From sequence record SRR20825010_2976: a stretch of 60,104 bases of DNA. One strand, 5' to 3'. The position numbers were made by a program, and so were the translations under genes. Position 1 is the first letter of the stretch. Every line of letters begins with the position of its first letter. The notes below the pieces were generated by a model, which saw only the letters and a program-made list of their open reading frames with translations, had not been told where the DNA came from and made no database searches. Shown piece by piece: positions 1 to 10,552 of this stretch.

Positions 1-28
1 AAAAACCGGCCACGTGGCCGGTTTTTTT
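1..28. terminator. Bidirectional intrinsic terminator
   Basis: Perfect palindrome aaaaaccggccacgtggccggttttt with A and T tails, 40 bp downstream of the stop of the minus-strand gene at 69. Confidence 0.8.
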
Positions 29-68
29 ATGTCTCCGATTTTTATCGGGCTGTGCAGTAATGCGTTGA

Positions 69-1193
69 TCACCGTACCTGCATGGCGCCGGATAACAGGG
101 TGCGAATCACATCCTGTTGTTTGTTGACCCCCATTTTGCTGTAGATGGCTTTCAGCTGTGAGCGCACGGTATCGACGGATATTCCATTGTTATCCGCGAT
201 CTGGCCGGGGCTCAGGCCGTTGGCCAGGGCAATGGCCACACTGGATTCTGAGGGGGTCATTTCATAGAGCGAACGCAGGGTCTCTGCCGGTATGTTCAAT
301 GGCGAGTCAGGATCGGAAATATACAGTGCTACGGTACCGTTGATGGGCTCACCGTTCGGTGTCTGGTCTTCATTCAGGGTAGCGAGCATGACCGTCAGCG
401 CGTTATCCCGGTCCGGATGGTGCAGCCCGATGGCGGTGTTGCGGGTGGTAATGTCCTTGGGGGCGGCTTTGGACTGCTCTGCAATCAGGCCGGCAAGGCG
501 GGCATCTTCATCCGCGTAATAGGCTTTGATGCCCGCACAGGTCAGGGCCAAGCCGTTATGCCGGGCCAGCAGCGCATCGGCAACCGGATTGCGGTAGGTC
601 ACCGTGCCATCCGGTTCAAGAATAATCAGGCCGAGCATAAACCGCGACAGTGCGCTGTGCAGGGTTTGCTGGCGTGTGCGCAGGCGGTGGAACTCACGGT
701 GAATGCGGATGGCCCGTTTGAAGTGCGGGTAGAGCAGCCGTAATTTGGCAATATCCGTATCGGAAAACGGTTCCGCACTGAATGATCGGTGCAGGCCAAT
801 ACCCACGAGCCATTCCTTGTCGTGGAAGATGTTCATGCCGGAAATGAAGCCGATATCATTGGGTTTGAGAATCAGCCGGAAATAATACGGGTGGGCGTCT
901 TTCACTGCCCGGGAGTCAATGATTTGCCGGGCCTGGCCTACGGGCTCATCCCGTTGAGCTTGAAAGGTATAGTCATACTTGCCTATGCCAAACCGGTAGG
1001 ACGCTACCACGGCCTTGGGCAAGCCGTGGTAGCCGATCATGCTCCGGGTTCCACCCTGGTGATCCTCAATGAAAATCGCTCCGGAACGGGCGTCCATGAC
1101 GTTTTCACACAGTAGTGTCATCACCCGGTTCCAGTGGCCCGGGTTGTAGGACGCTTCGTAAATTTCCCCAATAAAATCCAGTAATCCGTCCAT
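69..1193 (-). CDS. LuxR-type HTH transcriptional regulator with N-terminal GAF/PAS-like sensor region
   Basis: 374 aa; C-terminal MTPSE..VAIALANGLSPGQIA..ISVDTVRSQLKAIYSKMGV LuxR HTH; PAS-like LIILEPDGTVTYRNPVA. Confidence 0.85.
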   Translation of the reverse strand: MDGLLDFIGEIYEASYNPGHWNRVMTLLCENVMDARSGAIFIEDHQGGTRSMIGYHGLPKAVVASYRFGIGKYDYTFQAQRDEPVGQARQIIDSRAVKDAHPYYFRLILKPNDIGFISGMNIFHDKEWLVGIGLHRSFSAEPFSDTDIAKLRLLYPHFKRAIRIHREFHRLRTRQQTLHSALSRFMLGLIILEPDGTVTYRNPVADALLARHNGLALTCAGIKAYYADEDARLAGLIAEQSKAAPKDITTRNTAIGLHHPDRDNALTVMLATLNEDQTPNGEPINGTVALYISDPDSPLNIPAETLRSLYEMTPSESSVAIALANGLSPGQIADNNGISVDTVRSQLKAIYSKMGVNKQQDVIRTLLSGAMQVR

Positions 1194-1437
1194 ACAGACA
1201 GCGTTCCCCCTTTACCGCAGCCCCATCCCCCCATGAATAGCTTTGCGGTGTTCTTCGAGAGGCCAGCTCGGCCCGTGTCCTGTCTGTCGAATCCTGTGAA
1301 TGGCCGACCCTTGGACGCGAATAATTATCAGGGAAATATAACGTATCCATGGAAAAAAGATAACCGCGTCACGTTTTCAGGGGGGCAGAAGGGGTGCTTG
1401 AACGGTTGCCGGATGGCAGGGCATTTCCTGCCTGTGA

Positions 1438-1491
1438 TTCAGGTCGATGTCAGCCCGGATTCAGGTTCCATTCAGGTTGGTGGGCTAGTCT
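1438..1491 (+). promoter_or_regulatory. Four 11-bp-phased TTCAG direct repeats (OmpR-family binding site) and putative -10
   Basis: ttcagg 1438, gtcagc 1449, ttcagg 1460, ttcagg 1471, then tagtct at 1486, upstream of the PepSY-regulator-kinase operon. Confidence 0.65.
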
Positions 1492-1522
1492 TCTCTCGAC
1501 TTCAACGAAAAGGAGAGCAAAC

Positions 1523-1831
1523 ATGACTTTGACCAAGACAACATTGATCGCTGCGGTATTGGGTGTCGCTTCTGTGAGTGCAGTACAGGCGGATGATGTT
1601 CCCCACAGCCAAATCGATTCGCTAGTGAAAGACGGCACTATCCAGTCCCTGGATAAACTGGATAAGGTAGCAATGGATAAGCACCCCGATGCGAAGATTA
1701 CCGACACGGAGCTGGAAAACGAGTATGGCCGTTACATCTACCAGGTTGAACTGCGTGACCCGCAGGGCGCGGAGTGGGATCTGGACATTGATGCCAGCAA
1801 CGGCGAGGTGTTGGGCGAAGAGCGGGACTGA
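1523..1831 (+). CDS. Exported PepSY-domain protein (BqsP-like)
   Basis: RBS aggag before ATG 1523; signal peptide ending AVQA; ELENEYGRYIYQVELRD..WDLDIDASNGEVL PepSY signature. Confidence 0.85.
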   Translation: MTLTKTTLIAAVLGVASVSAVQADDVPHSQIDSLVKDGTIQSLDKLDKVAMDKHPDAKITDTELENEYGRYIYQVELRDPQGAEWDLDIDASNGEVLGEERD

Positions 1832-1883
1832 GTTCTTGCTTTCCCACACAGTGCCGAGTCAACGGCCACGCAAGAGCAGGGCG

Positions 1884-2171
1884 ATGTTTATCGCCCTGTT
1901 GTGCGTGTGTTCATTGTCCAGTGTGGCCGATGACATCAGCCAGGACGAAGCTCTGCAGTTGCGCCAACAGGGCGCCATTCTGTCGTTTGCCTCGCTGCTG
2001 GAGACCCTCGAACAACGCTACCCGCAAGGGCGGGTGCTGGAGGTCGAGCTGGAGCGTGACGATGGCTTGCTGATCTACGAAATTGAGGTGTTGACCCGGG
2101 ATCAGGTGGTACGCGAGATTGAAATGGATGCTCGCACCGGTCAGGTGCTTGATGACGAGCGTGACGACTGA
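1884..2171 (+). CDS. Exported PepSY-domain protein (BqsQ-like)
   Basis: [32 protein letters not shown]; start uncertain (GTG 1851 possible); stop overlaps the regulator ATG. Confidence 0.8.
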   Translation: MFIALLCVCSLSSVADDISQDEALQLRQQGAILSFASLLETLEQRYPQGRVLEVELERDDGLLIYEIEVLTRDQVVREIEMDARTGQVLDDERDD

Positions 2172-2839
2172 TGCGGATCTTGTTGGTCGAAGACAGTATC
2201 CCGCTGGCGGATCAGTTAATGCCGTTACTCCGCGAACATGGCTATGCGGTTGACTGGCTGGCAGATGGCCGGGATGCCTTGCCCGCACTGAATGATGATC
2301 CTTTTGATTTGGTGGTGCTGGACCTGGGGTTACCGGGGCTGGATGGCCTGCAAGTTTTGCAGCGTTGGCGGGCGGAAGGGCAGCAGGTGCCTGTGCTGGT
2401 TCTGACAGCCCGCGACAGTTGGGCCGAACGCATTGAAGGCCTGCAAAGCGGAGCGGATGACTATCTTGCCAAACCGTTTCACCCTGACGAATTGTTGTTA
2501 AGGGTACAGGCCTTGTTGCGCCGCACCCACGGACGAGCGAACACTTCTCAGTTGACTGCGGGCACCTTCAAACTGGACGAAAATCGCCAAAGTGTCTGGT
2601 CGGGGGAGAAAGAGATTACCCTTACCGGTGCGGAATTCCGCATGCTTCGCTACTTCATGCACAACCCTGACCGGTTGCTCTCCAAAGGGCAATTGGCCTC
2701 CCATCTTTACGATAATGAAAGCGACCGTGATTCCAACGTGCTGGAAGTCCACGTGAACCGTCTGCGCCGTAAATTAGGCAAAACCGTGATTAAAACACGC
2801 CGTGGCCAAGGCTATGTCTTTTCCGGGAAAGCACCATGA
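2171..2839 (+). CDS. OmpR-family response regulator (BqsR/CarR-like)
   Basis: [28 protein letters not shown], winged-helix [23 protein letters not shown]. Confidence 0.95.
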   Translation: MRILLVEDSIPLADQLMPLLREHGYAVDWLADGRDALPALNDDPFDLVVLDLGLPGLDGLQVLQRWRAEGQQVPVLVLTARDSWAERIEGLQSGADDYLAKPFHPDELLLRVQALLRRTHGRANTSQLTAGTFKLDENRQSVWSGEKEITLTGAEFRMLRYFMHNPDRLLSKGQLASHLYDNESDRDSNVLEVHVNRLRRKLGKTVIKTRRGQGYVFSGKAP

Positions 2840-4167
2840 ATTCCATGGGCCGCCGGTTGGGAATAAGCCTGTTTGTCAGCTTGCTGCTGGCCGGCGGGCT
2901 GATCAGTCAGGGGGCGCTGTGGTGGCTGGAGCGGGATCAGCGCCAGACACTGAGCCTGCAGTTGCGAGATGATGCGGCAGGGGTGCTGGCGGCTCTGGTG
3001 ACCGGCTCGCAAGGACGTTTGAGCCTGGATACGTCTCGTTTGCACCCGGCGTATCGGCGCCCGTTGTCCGGGCGTTATTTTGTGGTGTTACTGGGCGATC
3101 AGCGTTGGCGCTCGCGTTCCCTGTGGGATCAGCAGTTGACGCTTCCCTCTGCGCCGGGGGTGCAGCCGACACTGCAAGCCGGGCCATCGGATCAGCAGTT
3201 GCTACGTTTCCGTGGCGAATACGAGAAAGATGGCCAGCCGGTTTCCGTGGTGGTGGCCCAGGATTACACCCCGATTTTGACCACCTATAACCAGACGCGC
3301 ACGGTCGTGTTACTGGTTTGGGTCGGTGTATTGCTGTTGTTGGCCGGGGTGCAGCAGTGGCTGCTACACCGTGGCTTGGCGCCGTTGCGGCTGGCCCGTA
3401 AGGAAATTGAACAATTGCGGGGCGGCAAACGCCATGAGCTGAACGAAGCGGTGGTGCAGGAGCTGCATCCACTGGTGGTGGAAATCAATCGCCTGCAACG
3501 CCATACCGAGCAGCAGCTACAGCGTTCACGCCATGCTTTGGGTGACCTGGGCCATGCCCTGAAAACGCCGCTGGCGATTCTCAAAAACCGTTGTACAGAG
3601 GAGCTTCAGGCCTCCGATCCGCCCCTGTATGCCATGCTGTGCGAGCAGCTCGCACAGATGGAAGACAACATTCGTCGTGCGCTGGGGCGAGCCCGGGTGG
3701 CAGCCGGTGTCACGGCCAGTAATCCCTTTCGCCCGACGGCCGATATCCCGTTATTGCTGAAGACCCTGGAGCAGGCCCATCAACGTGATCTGTTGGTTCA
3801 GGTGAAGATGGCGAAGCTGTCAGCGCAACCGTTTGACCGGGATGACATGCTGGAAGTGCTGGGGAATGTGCTGGATAACGCGTTCAAATGGGCGGATTCG
3901 CGTATTGCCCTGACGGTGGAGGTGGAGACGGGCGGTGATCACCGGCAATTCATTGTGTGTGTTGATGATGACGGCCCCGGGATTGAGGCGGCCCGCTACG
4001 AGCAGGTTTTGCAGCGCGGGCAAAGGCTGGATGAACGCGCAGCTGGCCATGGGCTGGGATTGTCGATTGTTAGCGATACGGTTGCCGCCTATGAGGGTAC
4101 GCTGGTGCTGAAGCCGAACCCTTGGGGTGGCCTGCGCGTGCTGCTGTCTTTTCCTTTCCCTGCATAG
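2836..4167 (+). CDS. Sensor histidine kinase (BqsS/CarS-like)
   Basis: Two TM segments, H-box [10 protein letters not shown]-box [26 protein letters not shown]. Confidence 0.95.
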   Translation: MNSMGRRLGISLFVSLLLAGGLISQGALWWLERDQRQTLSLQLRDDAAGVLAALVTGSQGRLSLDTSRLHPAYRRPLSGRYFVVLLGDQRWRSRSLWDQQLTLPSAPGVQPTLQAGPSDQQLLRFRGEYEKDGQPVSVVVAQDYTPILTTYNQTRTVVLLVWVGVLLLLAGVQQWLLHRGLAPLRLARKEIEQLRGGKRHELNEAVVQELHPLVVEINRLQRHTEQQLQRSRHALGDLGHALKTPLAILKNRCTEELQASDPPLYAMLCEQLAQMEDNIRRALGRARVAAGVTASNPFRPTADIPLLLKTLEQAHQRDLLVQVKMAKLSAQPFDRDDMLEVLGNVLDNAFKWADSRIALTVEVETGGDHRQFIVCVDDDGPGIEAARYEQVLQRGQRLDERAAGHGLGLSIVSDTVAAYEGTLVLKPNPWGGLRVLLSFPFPA

Positions 4168-4251
4168 CGCCTGGGGCGTGCGTGGGGAACCGGTTGGGTG
4201 AAACAGGGCTCAAAGGTCACTGTCGACACTGTTTATCTGCAAGGAGGTTTT

Positions 4252-5289
4252 ATGAGGGGGAAGTCCCTGCCGTTGTCCCAGTCTCAGCAATGGGGCCGCT
4301 GGCTTACTGCATTGTGCTGCCTGTTGCTGGCCCGCACGGCACTGGCCGATCCGGCCGTGCTGGATGCTCGACTCACGGATTTTGCGTATCCCTACCCGGT
4401 AAAGACCCTGACGCTGGCTGATCAGCAACAGAGCCTGGAAATGGCCTATATGGATGTGAAGCCGGAGCAGGCCAATGGCCAGACAGTGCTGTTGCTCCAT
4501 GGCAAGAATTTTTCCGGGGCCTATTGGAAAACCACCATGGATGTTCTGTTGAAACAGGGCTATCGCGTTGTGGTGCCGGACCAGATCGGTTTCGGTAAAT
4601 CCTCCAAACCTGCCCATTTTCAGTACAGTTTCCAGGTATTGGCGGACCAGACCCGTCGCTTGCTGGATACTCTCAAGGTGGAGCGCGCCACGGTGGTTGG
4701 CCATTCCATGGGCGGCATGTTGGCCACCCGGTTTGCGTTGATGTTTCCGCAACGCAGCGACGCATTGGTGTTAGTGAATCCCATCGGTCTGGAAGACTGG
4801 CGCCCGGTGGTGCCCTGGCAATCGGTGGATGCCTGGTATCAGGGTGAGCTGAAGAAAACACCGGAAAAGGTCAAAGCCTACATGACCGCCAGTTATTTCG
4901 ATGGGCAGTGGAAAGAGGATTACGCGCCGCTGCTGACTCTCCAGCAGGGTTGGATTCGCGGGCCTGACTATAAGCGCATTGCATGGAATTCGGCACTGGC
5001 CTACGACATGATTTACAGCCAGCCGGTCGTGCAGGATTTTCCGCGCCTGACGGTGCCTTCCTTGCTGATTATCGGTACCCGTGACCGCACTGCGTTGGGC
5101 CGCAATCGTGCGCCGGAAGCGGAGCGTGCCAAGCTGGGTCGCTATGATCAACTTGGCAAGCAAGCGGCAGAACGTATTCCCGATGCCACCCTGGTGGAGC
5201 TTGAGGGTATCGGTCATGTGCCTCAGTACGAAGCGTTTGATGACTACCGCGAGGCATTGCTGGGTTTTCTGAAGGACCAGCAGGGCTGA
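4252..5289 (+). CDS. Exported alpha/beta hydrolase
   Basis: RBS aaggagg; signal peptide ending [15 protein letters not shown], nucleophile elbow GHSMGG, GHVP. Confidence 0.9.
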   Translation: MRGKSLPLSQSQQWGRWLTALCCLLLARTALADPAVLDARLTDFAYPYPVKTLTLADQQQSLEMAYMDVKPEQANGQTVLLLHGKNFSGAYWKTTMDVLLKQGYRVVVPDQIGFGKSSKPAHFQYSFQVLADQTRRLLDTLKVERATVVGHSMGGMLATRFALMFPQRSDALVLVNPIGLEDWRPVVPWQSVDAWYQGELKKTPEKVKAYMTASYFDGQWKEDYAPLLTLQQGWIRGPDYKRIAWNSALAYDMIYSQPVVQDFPRLTVPSLLIIGTRDRTALGRNRAPEAERAKLGRYDQLGKQAAERIPDATLVELEGIGHVPQYEAFDDYREALLGFLKDQQG

Positions 5290-5363
5290 TTGAGGCAATG
5301 ATTGTCTGAGGTATTCCCGGGGAGCGCAGTATCAGCATGCTTTTGCTGCCCGGGGTTGCGCTG

Positions 5364-7520
5364 TTAGAGCTCCGGCTTAGTGCTTGCATCGCTATCGGCC
5401 ACGGACGTCACCGGCTGAATGGACACCGGGACGCCGCTCATAAAAGCCTGATTACTGAGTTTTTCATAACTGCCGGGGCCATTGGGAAGCAAGGCATTGA
5501 TGTTGACCCCGGGGTGCTGCTGCGCCACACGCATACCCGGCGTTTGCCGGTTCCCCCAACCGTGGGTCATGGCGACCACGCCGGGCCGCAAGCTGCTATC
5601 GCTGCGCACGCCAACCTGCACCCGCCCGTATTCGTTGCTGGCTTCAACGGCGTCACCGTCCTGGATTCCCATGGATTCGATATCTGCCGGGTGCATGTGC
5701 AGTGAGTTACTGGCGTTGGCGCCGCGTTTTAGCGTTGGCACGTTCTGATACCAGCTGTTATGCATGTAGTTGGTACGCAGGTTGATCAGGCGGAACGCCG
5801 GGGCGGCGTGTTTCAGCGCCTGAAATTGCTGGTCGGCCAGTGTCAGGGCATCGGCAAACAGCGGCGGACAGCAATCCACTCGTTTGTCGTCTGTTTGAAT
5901 GAAGTCGGTATAAAACCGGCCAATGGATTGGGTGTCTAGCACAGCGGTGCCGGACGGCTGTTGCGCCAGCGCGTCCACGCACAGCCCGGAGCGTGACAGC
6001 ATATGATCGAGCCGGGCAAACGGCTGGGGCGGGTCCTGTTCCAGCATAGGGGCGTGCAGGGCCATCGCCTGCAACAGACGAGACAGAATCCACCATTCCT
6101 CGCGGCGCTGGCCGGCCGGGGCAACCACCGCATCGGTATATTGCACGTAGGGCTGATATTGCATGCCCAGCCCGCAGATATTCAGGTCCGGTCGCTCCAG
6201 CATATCCGCAGACGGCAGCAAATAATGGGCGTATTCGCCGGTGGCATTGCGAAACAGGTCAATGACGATCAGCAGGTCCAGTTTTTCCAGCGCCTGGCGC
6301 CAGCGGGCTTCGCCACCCACGCTGAGTAAGGGATTGCCGGCGATGACCACCAGGGCGCGGATGGGATTGTCATCATCGAGGATCATGTCCGGCAACAGGT
6401 TGCCAGCCAGGGCGCCGCGGATATGGCGCATTTCGCCGTGTTGGGAGGGGAAGAATACGTTATCGAGCCGGGCGCGGCCGGCCTTCGCCGCCGGGTAAAA
6501 TCCTTCGCTGTAGAAATTGCCACCGGGACGGTCCAGGTTGCCCGTCACAAAGCTCAGCATCTGGAGCAGCCAGTAGCAAAGCGTGCCGTGCTGGCCCATG
6601 TTGACGCCGGTGGACATGTGCACGGAGGCTCGGTTGGCGCCGCTGAAGGTATCCGCCAGGCTGCGGATAGCGTCGGCGCCCAGTCCCACCACGCTGGCCA
6701 CGGCGTCTGCGGAGTAGGGAGCAATAAAACTGCGCAAGTCTTCAATGCGGGAACCATGGTCACGGATCACGCGTTCATCAAAACGGCCCAGTGCATCGAT
6801 TTCGTGGATCAGTGCGGCCATCAGGTAGAGGTCGGTGTCCGGCAGAATCTGCACCACGTTCCCGGTTTTGGGGCTGGCGGATTCGATCTGACGGGGGTTG
6901 ATGTAGAACACCTTGGCTCCGCGCTGGCAGGCGCTGCGGATTTTGGCCATGGGGTCGGCGATGGAGATGAAACTCATGTGAGAAATTTTGGGGTTCTCGC
7001 CGAAAATCAGCAGGCAGTCAGTGCGTTCAATATCCGGTAGCGGGTGCAGGGTGCTGGTGCCGAACACCGCCTCGCCGGCGGCGAATTTGTTGGCGCAGTC
7101 CTGGGTGCCGGAATTGAAAATACGCCGGCTGCCCATGGCCATGAAGAAATCGCCAATGGCCTGGCTGCCCAGCGCATTGAAGGCCGAGGGGTTGCCAATA
7201 TAGCCGCCGATGGCGTCGGGGCCATACTGTTCGTGTATCTGTGACAGGGTGGCGCCGATGTCCGTGACAACGCTGTCCCAGTCCCGGGGTTGCCATTGGC
7301 CCTCACCGGGCCGGCGGCTGCCTTGCCGTGCCAGGGGCTGATCAAGGCGATCCGGATCCTGATGGATGGCCAGGTAGTTGAGGCCCTTGTGGCAGGCAAA
7401 CCCTTGGCTGACCGGGTGCGCCTTGTCCGGTTGCAGGCGGGTAACGGTTCCGTCGGTAACCTGGGCGATCAGTGCACAGGAGGGTTCGCAAACCCGGCAA
7501 AATGTTGGAATGGATTTCAT
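5364..7520 (-). CDS. Cytoplasmic molybdopterin-dependent oxidoreductase (DMSO reductase superfamily), substrate unknown
   Basis: N-terminal CRVCEPSC..C(HKG) 4Fe-4S motif, GNLDRPGG, AGNPLLS, LLPSADMLER, C-terminal MGD-binding HPADI..LRPGVVAMTHGWG; no Tat motif. Confidence 0.9.
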   Translation of the reverse strand: MKSIPTFCRVCEPSCALIAQVTDGTVTRLQPDKAHPVSQGFACHKGLNYLAIHQDPDRLDQPLARQGSRRPGEGQWQPRDWDSVVTDIGATLSQIHEQYGPDAIGGYIGNPSAFNALGSQAIGDFFMAMGSRRIFNSGTQDCANKFAAGEAVFGTSTLHPLPDIERTDCLLIFGENPKISHMSFISIADPMAKIRSACQRGAKVFYINPRQIESASPKTGNVVQILPDTDLYLMAALIHEIDALGRFDERVIRDHGSRIEDLRSFIAPYSADAVASVVGLGADAIRSLADTFSGANRASVHMSTGVNMGQHGTLCYWLLQMLSFVTGNLDRPGGNFYSEGFYPAAKAGRARLDNVFFPSQHGEMRHIRGALAGNLLPDMILDDDNPIRALVVIAGNPLLSVGGEARWRQALEKLDLLIVIDLFRNATGEYAHYLLPSADMLERPDLNICGLGMQYQPYVQYTDAVVAPAGQRREEWWILSRLLQAMALHAPMLEQDPPQPFARLDHMLSRSGLCVDALAQQPSGTAVLDTQSIGRFYTDFIQTDDKRVDCCPPLFADALTLADQQFQALKHAAPAFRLINLRTNYMHNSWYQNVPTLKRGANASNSLHMHPADIESMGIQDGDAVEASNEYGRVQVGVRSDSSLRPGVVAMTHGWGNRQTPGMRVAQQHPGVNINALLPNGPGSYEKLSNQAFMSGVPVSIQPVTSVADSDASTKPEL

Positions 7521-7624
7521 GGCAGCCTCCCTGACGATTCAGTCAGGCTAGCCAATCGCGTCCGGGCAGGACATGACCGTTCCACTCATTTGTAGCGTCG
7601 CGGTCACGGGATGAGCGTACAGGG

Positions 7625-8230
7625 TCAGGCAGAAGGCTGTGACAGGGCGGCCATGATCAGGGCAATGGACTGCTCACTCACTGTTTCGATATCTTCCCGG
7701 TTCACGTAGATACCATCAATCAGCAGGCGACACAGGCCGTGGACCGTGGCCCAGCTGGCCTGAGCCACGCGCAGCGAATCCGTTCTGGCGGGTAGGCGAC
7801 CGGCCAGCAGTGTCGCCAGCCGCTCGGCGTAGTGTCGGAAGCTACGGTAGGCGATGGTTTTCAGTTCATCGGTGGGCTCGCCGCTTTTCCAGATGGTGCG
7901 CCCGAACATCAGTTCATATTGTTCCGGGTTTTCGGTGGCAAAGCGCAGGTATTCGCGGACAAAATCCTGAATGCCTTCCTGGGAGCCGGCCTGGTGCAGC
8001 TGGCGATTGATCATTTCGTCCAGTTGCCGGAAAGCCTGGGTGGCCAAAGCGCAGAGCAGGGCGTTCTTGTCACGGAAGTGGTGATAGGGGGCGGTTCGGG
8101 AGACGCCAGCCCGCTCGGCCAGCTTGCGCAAGGATAAACCCTCAACGCCTTGCTCACTGAGCAGCGTATTGGCTTCCTGCAGCAAGGTATCGTGCAGGTC
8201 GCCGTGATGATAGCGGCCGGTCTGTGTCAT
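7625..8230 (-). CDS. TetR/AcrR-family regulator (WHG C-terminal domain)
   Basis: YHHGDL, LSLRKLAERAGVSRTAPYHHF, WATVHG. Confidence 0.92.
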   Translation of the reverse strand: MTQTGRYHHGDLHDTLLQEANTLLSEQGVEGLSLRKLAERAGVSRTAPYHHFRDKNALLCALATQAFRQLDEMINRQLHQAGSQEGIQDFVREYLRFATENPEQYELMFGRTIWKSGEPTDELKTIAYRSFRHYAERLATLLAGRLPARTDSLRVAQASWATVHGLCRLLIDGIYVNREDIETVSEQSIALIMAALSQPSA

Positions 8231-8290
8231 GAGTGTCTTGCCTTTTGCGTGGTGGCGTGTCGCGTGAAGCCTGTTGCATCTATTTCAATC

Positions 8291-8330
8291 TTGACACTGT
8301 CAAAATAACCGCTTAACTTGACGCTGTCCA
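8291..8330. promoter_or_regulatory. Two TetR-type operator palindromes between tetR and fadH
   Basis: ttgaca-c-tgtcaa (8291-8303, perfect) and ttgacg-c-tgtcca (8318-8330). Confidence 0.7.
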
Positions 8331-8382
8331 GATTAATCAACGCGTAGCCATCTGTGGTGCAGATGCCTTTGGAGACAACACC

Positions 8383-10401
8383 ATGACAGCCAACCGCTAT
8401 TCCAACCTGCTTTCCCCGCTGGATCTGGGGCATACCCAGATCAAGAACCGGGTGATTATGGGGTCCATGCATACCGGTCTTGAAGACCGTTTCTGGCAGT
8501 TCCCCAAGTTGGCGGCCTACTTTGCCGAGCGGGCCCGCGGTGGCGTTGGCTTGATTGTGACCGGGGGGTTCAACCCCAACAAGAAAGCCTGGTTTTACCC
8601 CTTTGCCGGGTTGTTCAACAGCCGTTTGGATGTGCGTAACCACCGCAAGGTGACAGATGCCGTGCACCAGGAAGGAGGCAAGATCGCTCTGCAGATTCTC
8701 CACGCCGGTCGTTACAGTTATCACCCGTTTTCCCGTTCGGCGTCTGCCATTAAAAGCCCGATCAACCCCTTCAAGCCCAAGGCCATGTCCACCAAGGAAG
8801 TGGAGCAGACGGTCAAGGATTTTGCTCATACCGCATGGCTGGCCAAGAAGGCCGGTTACGATGGTGTGGAGATCATGGGGTCCGAAGGCTACCTGATTAA
8901 CCAGTTTACTGCGTCGTGTACCAACAAGCGCAAAGACAAGTACGGTGGCAGTGCGGAAAACCGCCGCCGTTTCCCGGTGGAAATTGTCCGCGAAGTGCGC
9001 AAGCGCTGCGGCGACGATTTTATCGTGATGTTCCGTATTTCCGTGGTGGATCTGGTACCCGATGGCGCGACCCGTGAAGAAGTCTTGGCGCTGGCCAAAG
9101 AGTTGGAAGCCGCTGGCGCGAGCCTGCTTAATTCCGGTATTGGCTGGCACGAAGCACGCGTGCCCACCATCGTTACCTCTGTGCCCCGAGCGGCCTTCGT
9201 GGAAGCCACCTGCCAGGTAAAAGACGTGGTTTCCATCCCGGTGGTGGCCTCCAACCGTATTAACGACCCGGACGTGGCAGAAGCCATTCTGGTCGCTGGC
9301 CAGGCGGACGCGGTCTCCATGGCGCGCCCGTTGCTGGCGGACCCGGATTTCGTCAAGAAAACCGAGCAGGGCAAGGCGGATGAGATCAACACCTGTATCG
9401 CTTGTAACCAGGCCTGTCTGGATCATACCTTCCAGCTCAAGCGGGCGTCCTGTCTGGTCAATCCCCGTGCCTGCCACGAAACCGAACTGTTGTACCTGAA
9501 GACCGCCAAGCCTAAGAAAGTGGCCGTGGTGGGCGCAGGCCCGGCCGGCCTGTCCTGTGCCACGGTGGCGGCAGAGCGAGGCCATGCGGTGACCCTGTTT
9601 GATCAGGCGGGGGAAATTGGCGGTCAGTTCAACATGGCCAAAGTGGTGCCGGGTAAAGAAGAATTTCATAACACCATCCGTTATTTCAGCAAAAAACTGG
9701 AAAGCACAGGGGTCACCATGAAGCTGAATACCCGGGTGGAAATTGCTGATCTGGAAGCCGCAGGCTTCGATGAAATTGTTATTGCCACCGGCGTGGTTCC
9801 GCGTACCCCCGGCATTCCGGGTGTGGACCATCCCAAGGTGTTGTCTTACGTGGATGTGCTGCGTGGCAACGCCCAGGTGGGCGAGAAAGTGGCGGTCATT
9901 GGTGCCGGTGGTATTGGCTTCGATGTGTCCGAGTTTCTGGCCGAACATCCCCGCGAAGGCGAGCAGCCATTGCCGGAATGGATGAAAGAATGGGGCGTGG
10001 ATATGGCGGGTGACACCCCCGGTGGCCTGGTGAAAGCGGCACCGGAAAAACCGGCCCGCCAGATCACCTTGCTGCAGCGCAAGCCGACGCCGCTGGGTAA
10101 GGACCTGGGCAAAACCTCCGGCTGGGTACACCGTGCCACGCTCAAGTCCCGCAACGTGGAAATGCTGAAAAACTGCAGCTACGAAAAAATTGATGATGCG
10201 GGCCTGCATATCAAGATTGGTGAAGAAAGCCGGGTACTTGACGTGGATAACGTGATTCTTTGTGCCGGGCAGGAATCCCTGCGTGAGCTGTACAAGGAAG
10301 ACGGCAAGAACTTCCACCTCATTGGTGGCGCCGACCTGGCGGCTGAGCTGGATGCCAAGCGCGCGATCAAGCAGGGCGCGGAAGTGGCAGCGAAGTTGTA
10401 A
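8383..10401 (+). CDS. fadH: NADPH-dependent 2,4-dienoyl-CoA reductase
   Basis: 672 aa; GSMHTGLE, GSEGYLINQF, GIGWHEARVPTI, 4Fe-4S CIACNQACLDH..SCLVNP, GAGPAG, AELDAKRAI. Confidence 0.95.
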   Translation: MTANRYSNLLSPLDLGHTQIKNRVIMGSMHTGLEDRFWQFPKLAAYFAERARGGVGLIVTGGFNPNKKAWFYPFAGLFNSRLDVRNHRKVTDAVHQEGGKIALQILHAGRYSYHPFSRSASAIKSPINPFKPKAMSTKEVEQTVKDFAHTAWLAKKAGYDGVEIMGSEGYLINQFTASCTNKRKDKYGGSAENRRRFPVEIVREVRKRCGDDFIVMFRISVVDLVPDGATREEVLALAKELEAAGASLLNSGIGWHEARVPTIVTSVPRAAFVEATCQVKDVVSIPVVASNRINDPDVAEAILVAGQADAVSMARPLLADPDFVKKTEQGKADEINTCIACNQACLDHTFQLKRASCLVNPRACHETELLYLKTAKPKKVAVVGAGPAGLSCATVAAERGHAVTLFDQAGEIGGQFNMAKVVPGKEEFHNTIRYFSKKLESTGVTMKLNTRVEIADLEAAGFDEIVIATGVVPRTPGIPGVDHPKVLSYVDVLRGNAQVGEKVAVIGAGGIGFDVSEFLAEHPREGEQPLPEWMKEWGVDMAGDTPGGLVKAAPEKPARQITLLQRKPTPLGKDLGKTSGWVHRATLKSRNVEMLKNCSYEKIDDAGLHIKIGEESRVLDVDNVILCAGQESLRELYKEDGKNFHLIGGADLAAELDAKRAIKQGAEVAAKL

Positions 10402-10412
10402 AGGTGGTTAAA

Positions 10413-10552
10413 AGTTGAAAGTTGAAAGTTACAACGCGCTATCGGTGGGTTGGATCTGAAACGCAAGAGGCCGCGCTTATCGTTAAGCGCGGCCTCTTGC
10501 ATTTAAGGGACAGGCAACACCTGTCTCGCGTTTCAACTTTAAACTTTCAACT
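10413..10552. repeat. Heptamer-repeat inverted element enclosing a 17-bp hairpin
   Basis: Arms 10413-10438 and 10527-10552 are inverted copies (23/26) built of AAAGTTG units; central gcaagaggccgcgctta-tcgt-taagcgcggcctcttgc (10463-10500) between convergent genes. Confidence 0.75.

Noticed and set aside
8227..10317. 696-aa antisense ORF over fadH
   Set aside because: Shadow of a codon-biased GC-rich gene; no recognisable motifs
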